A stretch of 37,401 nucleotides of DNA from a virus (Duplodnaviria > Caudoviricetes), in IMG/VR virus record IMGVR_UViG_3300017909_005256, positions 1 to 37,401 of that record; one strand, written 5' to 3'. Position numbers and translations under genes: made by a program. Shown in pieces: positions 35,055-37,401 of this stretch (its first letter is position 1; each line of letters opens with the position of its first letter). The notes below the pieces were generated by a model, which was given only the letters and a program-made list of their open reading frames with translations, did no database searches and was not told the DNA's origin.

Positions 35055-37401
35055 TTACCCTTGAGCCAGGACTCCGCCTGGTCTTTGTTCTCTTTCTAGT
35101 ACTCCCATAACTCCTGCGTTAATTGCTTGTGCTAGTTGTGCTCCGCCATCAGAAGTTACAGAGGCACTTGCTCCTCCATTATCTACGTTTACTGAGATAT
35201 TTGTATTGTTTGTATTTCCCGCACCTTTTCCTAAGTCTACAGGTATACTCTTATTGTCTGGTAGTGGTACGACTGCTTCGTTTTGTTTTCCTTCGCCCAC
35301 TAAATATGTTGGTTGTGTGGCAACTCCACCTTTGTTATATCTTGCAATTCCACCTTTTTCAAGTGCTTGCATTTTGTTTCCTATGATTCCGCCTTTTGCA
35401 AATGGTAGTATAGAAAGTAAAGGTCCAACTCCAGGAATCATTCCAAGTAATGGTTTTAGAAGTCCTGTAAGACCTCCACCGCCTCCAGTGAGGCCTCCTA
35501 ATAATGTACCTAAGATTCCTCCTCCAGAGCCGCCCATTAGATTTCCAAGAATTCCACCCATTCCGCCACCGCCGAGTAATCCTTGTAGTGCGCCACCTAT
35601 TCCACCTTCTCCCATAAGATTACCCATGAAGTTTTTCATCATGCCACCTTCTCCAAAGATATTTTCAAATAAATCGCCAAATAAAGAGTTAGAACCGCCT
35701 TCTCCTTTTCCAAAAAGACCAGTACCGTCTCCTTTTAAAAGACCCATTAAGTTGCCGCCAAAAGTATCCATAGTTTCACCTAAGTCACCAAACATTGCTG
35801 AGAGTCCTGTACCACTAGTATTTGTACCTGTTGTCTTGACATCTTCGATATCATCTTTGTTATATACTTTTCCGTCAGAATCTACAACTTTTTCTGTTTC
35901 TTCTTCTCCTTCTTTTTTTGCTTCTTCTGTAGCGGCTGTAGTGCCCTCTGGTGCTTTAATAGCTGAAGGGGCTTTTACTTCCATAACCGCGGCCAGTTTA
36001 GTAACATGTTGAGTAAGTACATCAGCAAGTGACGTTACATGACTCATATGTACTTCTCTTAAAGCAGTAACTTGCGGGTCTTCTTCTCCTATGCCAAAGA
36101 CCTTTGCTACTTTATCCATGCCAGGTATTTGCATAAATAAGTCTTGACCTGTTTGCATGATGGTGCCTGCTAATGCGCCTGCAGCGGCTTGTCTCATTGA
36201 TTCTTCAAATTGTTCTTTAATTTCACCACCTGACTTATCTCCCAGTAATGCATCTTTTATTGCTTGTGTTCCTGCTTTATCAGCTGCTTCTGTTAATTGT
36301 CTTACAAGTTCTTTTCCTATATTTAGTTGTGCTTCTAATAAGTCTTTTTGGGCTTCAAGTTTTGCAATTTCTGAATCCATATTATCTAGTTTGACTTTTT
36401 GTAGTTCTTTTGCATCTTCTTGCATTACATTATTAACTTCATCATCTGCATTTCTACTTTGTCTTAATTTATCTAATTTAACGTGTATTCCCAGAAGTTT
36501 ATTTTCCATTTTAAGACGTCTAGTGTAAGCAGTATTAAAGTAACCTATTCTTGTTGCTTGTGCTTCTAGAAGATTAAGTCTTTGTTTTTCTTTCAGTATT
36601 GCTTCATTAGCATTTTCAAGAATCTTAGTAAATTCTACATTTTCGTTTACAATCTTATCAAGTCTTTCATTTGCTAATCTCAATCGTTCTTCTTCTTGCT
36701 CTTTTGCTTCGCCACCGAGCGCAATTGCTTCTTCATTTTTTGTGATATTTATTCCAAGCACTTCTGCAATTTTACCTCTAGCTGCGTCTATTCCCTCTAC
36801 CGTTTCCTCGCCTATCACACGCGTAAAATTTTGTTTTTTAATGTGTTCTAGTTCATTACTTAAAGCAGCAAATTGATTAACTATATTACCAAATTGGCTA
36901 GGTTTAGGAAGTCCTTGTGTAAATGCTTCTGATAAATTACCTGCAACTTCACCCAGTCCTTTTATATCAACAGCTTCTTTTCGAGTTTCTTCATTAACTA
37001 TACCCAATTTAGTTAAGAAGTCATCAAATGCCTGTGTTGTTGTAAAAATACCCTTTTCTATATCTCCTGTTAATTCTTCAGGAAATATAGTCATAAGAAT
37101 ACTTTGTAATTTTTTTCCTGCTCTCTGTTTATCAATAGCATTCTCTGCTTCTTGTACTGCTTCAAAGGCTTCTTGAACTCTTAGAATATCTGCTTTTGCC
37201 TGTTCTTGTTTGTCCGTATTCGTTGTTAGTAAACGCTTGAAACCTCTTTCGTCTTCAAAAAACTTTCTGCCTTCTAATAATGTACCCAAAGCTTCAAAGG
37301 CTTTACCTTTATTCTCTTCTGTTGCAGTTCCAATAGCATCTACAAACTGAGTAACTGCCTGACCTGCCAATGCTCGTTGAGCTGCTTCATCCTCTCCAAA
37401 T
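35055..37401 (-). CDS. tail tape measure protein, C-terminal part (5' end outside the window)
   Basis: Frame stays open to the window end; helical Ala/Glu/Lys-rich body, Gly-rich segment, FAKGGI and VGEGKQNEAVVPLPD, terminal EQRPGGVL; directly upstream of M. Confidence 0.88.
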   Translation of the reverse strand, partial: FGEDEAAQRALAGQAVTQFVDAIGTATEENKGKAFEALGTLLEGRKFFEDERGFKRLLTTNTDKQEQAKADILRVQEAFEAVQEAENAIDKQRAGKKLQSILMTIFPEELTGDIEKGIFTTTQAFDDFLTKLGIVNEETRKEAVDIKGLGEVAGNLSEAFTQGLPKPSQFGNIVNQFAALSNELEHIKKQNFTRVIGEETVEGIDAARGKIAEVLGINITKNEEAIALGGEAKEQEEERLRLANERLDKIVNENVEFTKILENANEAILKEKQRLNLLEAQATRIGYFNTAYTRRLKMENKLLGIHVKLDKLRQSRNADDEVNNVMQEDAKELQKVKLDNMDSEIAKLEAQKDLLEAQLNIGKELVRQLTEAADKAGTQAIKDALLGDKSGGEIKEQFEESMRQAAAGALAGTIMQTGQDLFMQIPGMDKVAKVFGIGEEDPQVTALREVHMSHVTSLADVLTQHVTKLAAVMEVKAPSAIKAPEGTTAATEEAKKEGEEETEKVVDSDGKVYNKDDIEDVKTTGTNTSGTGLSAMFGDLGETMDTFGGNLMGLLKGDGTGLFGKGEGGSNSLFGDLFENIFGEGGMMKNFMGNLMGEGGIGGALQGLLGGGGMGGILGNLMGGSGGGILGTLLGGLTGGGGGLTGLLKPLLGMIPGVGPLLSILPFAKGGIIGNKMQALEKGGIARYNKGGVATQPTYLVGEGKQNEAVVPLPDNKSIPVDLGKGAGNTNNTNISVNVDNGGASASVTSDGGAQLAQAINAGVMGVLEREQRPGGVLAQG

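Noticed and set aside
35206-36012. 268-aa Pro-rich ORF on the + strand
   Set aside because: Antisense shadow of the Gly-rich tape measure segment.
1-37401. tRNA, rRNA, integrase or transposase
   Set aside because: The window is almost fully coding with gaps under 80 nt; no such motifs recognised.

Overview
AT-rich dsDNA tailed-phage genome segment with T5-like (Demerecviridae-type) organisation, probably from an aquatic phage. The + strand (1-8992) carries a T5-style replication/recombination block: D12/D13 SbcD/SbcC-like nuclease pair, D14 resolvase, D15 flap endonuclease and class Ia nrdA/nrdB. A class I cytochrome c and a glutaredoxin are inserted in it, and it ends in two glycosyltransferase-like genes. 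The - strand (8978-37401) is the late tail region: partial tape measure, then lambda-like tail-tip genes M, L, K, I and J. An iscU Fe-S scaffold gene is translationally coupled right behind J, followed by three paralogous 'MANR(V/I)LLG' proteins. Behind a perfect TTGACA-17-TATAAT promoter lies a lateral-fibre-like operon: T5 p132-like collar protein, small adaptors, an 896-aa decapeptide-repeat fibre, a 3108-aa Thr-rich protein and two more glycosyltransferase-like genes. The standout observation is that the 3108-aa protein is a self-complementary protein palindrome. Aromatic residues in one half line up with Arg/Gln/Lys in the other half at a constant register (i+j=3123) at every point I checked, from the centre to the ends. 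This suggests a single antiparallel beta-hairpin about 1,500 residues per arm, next to four candidate glycosyltransferases that could decorate it. All family calls come from motif recognition by eye; no database searches were run.
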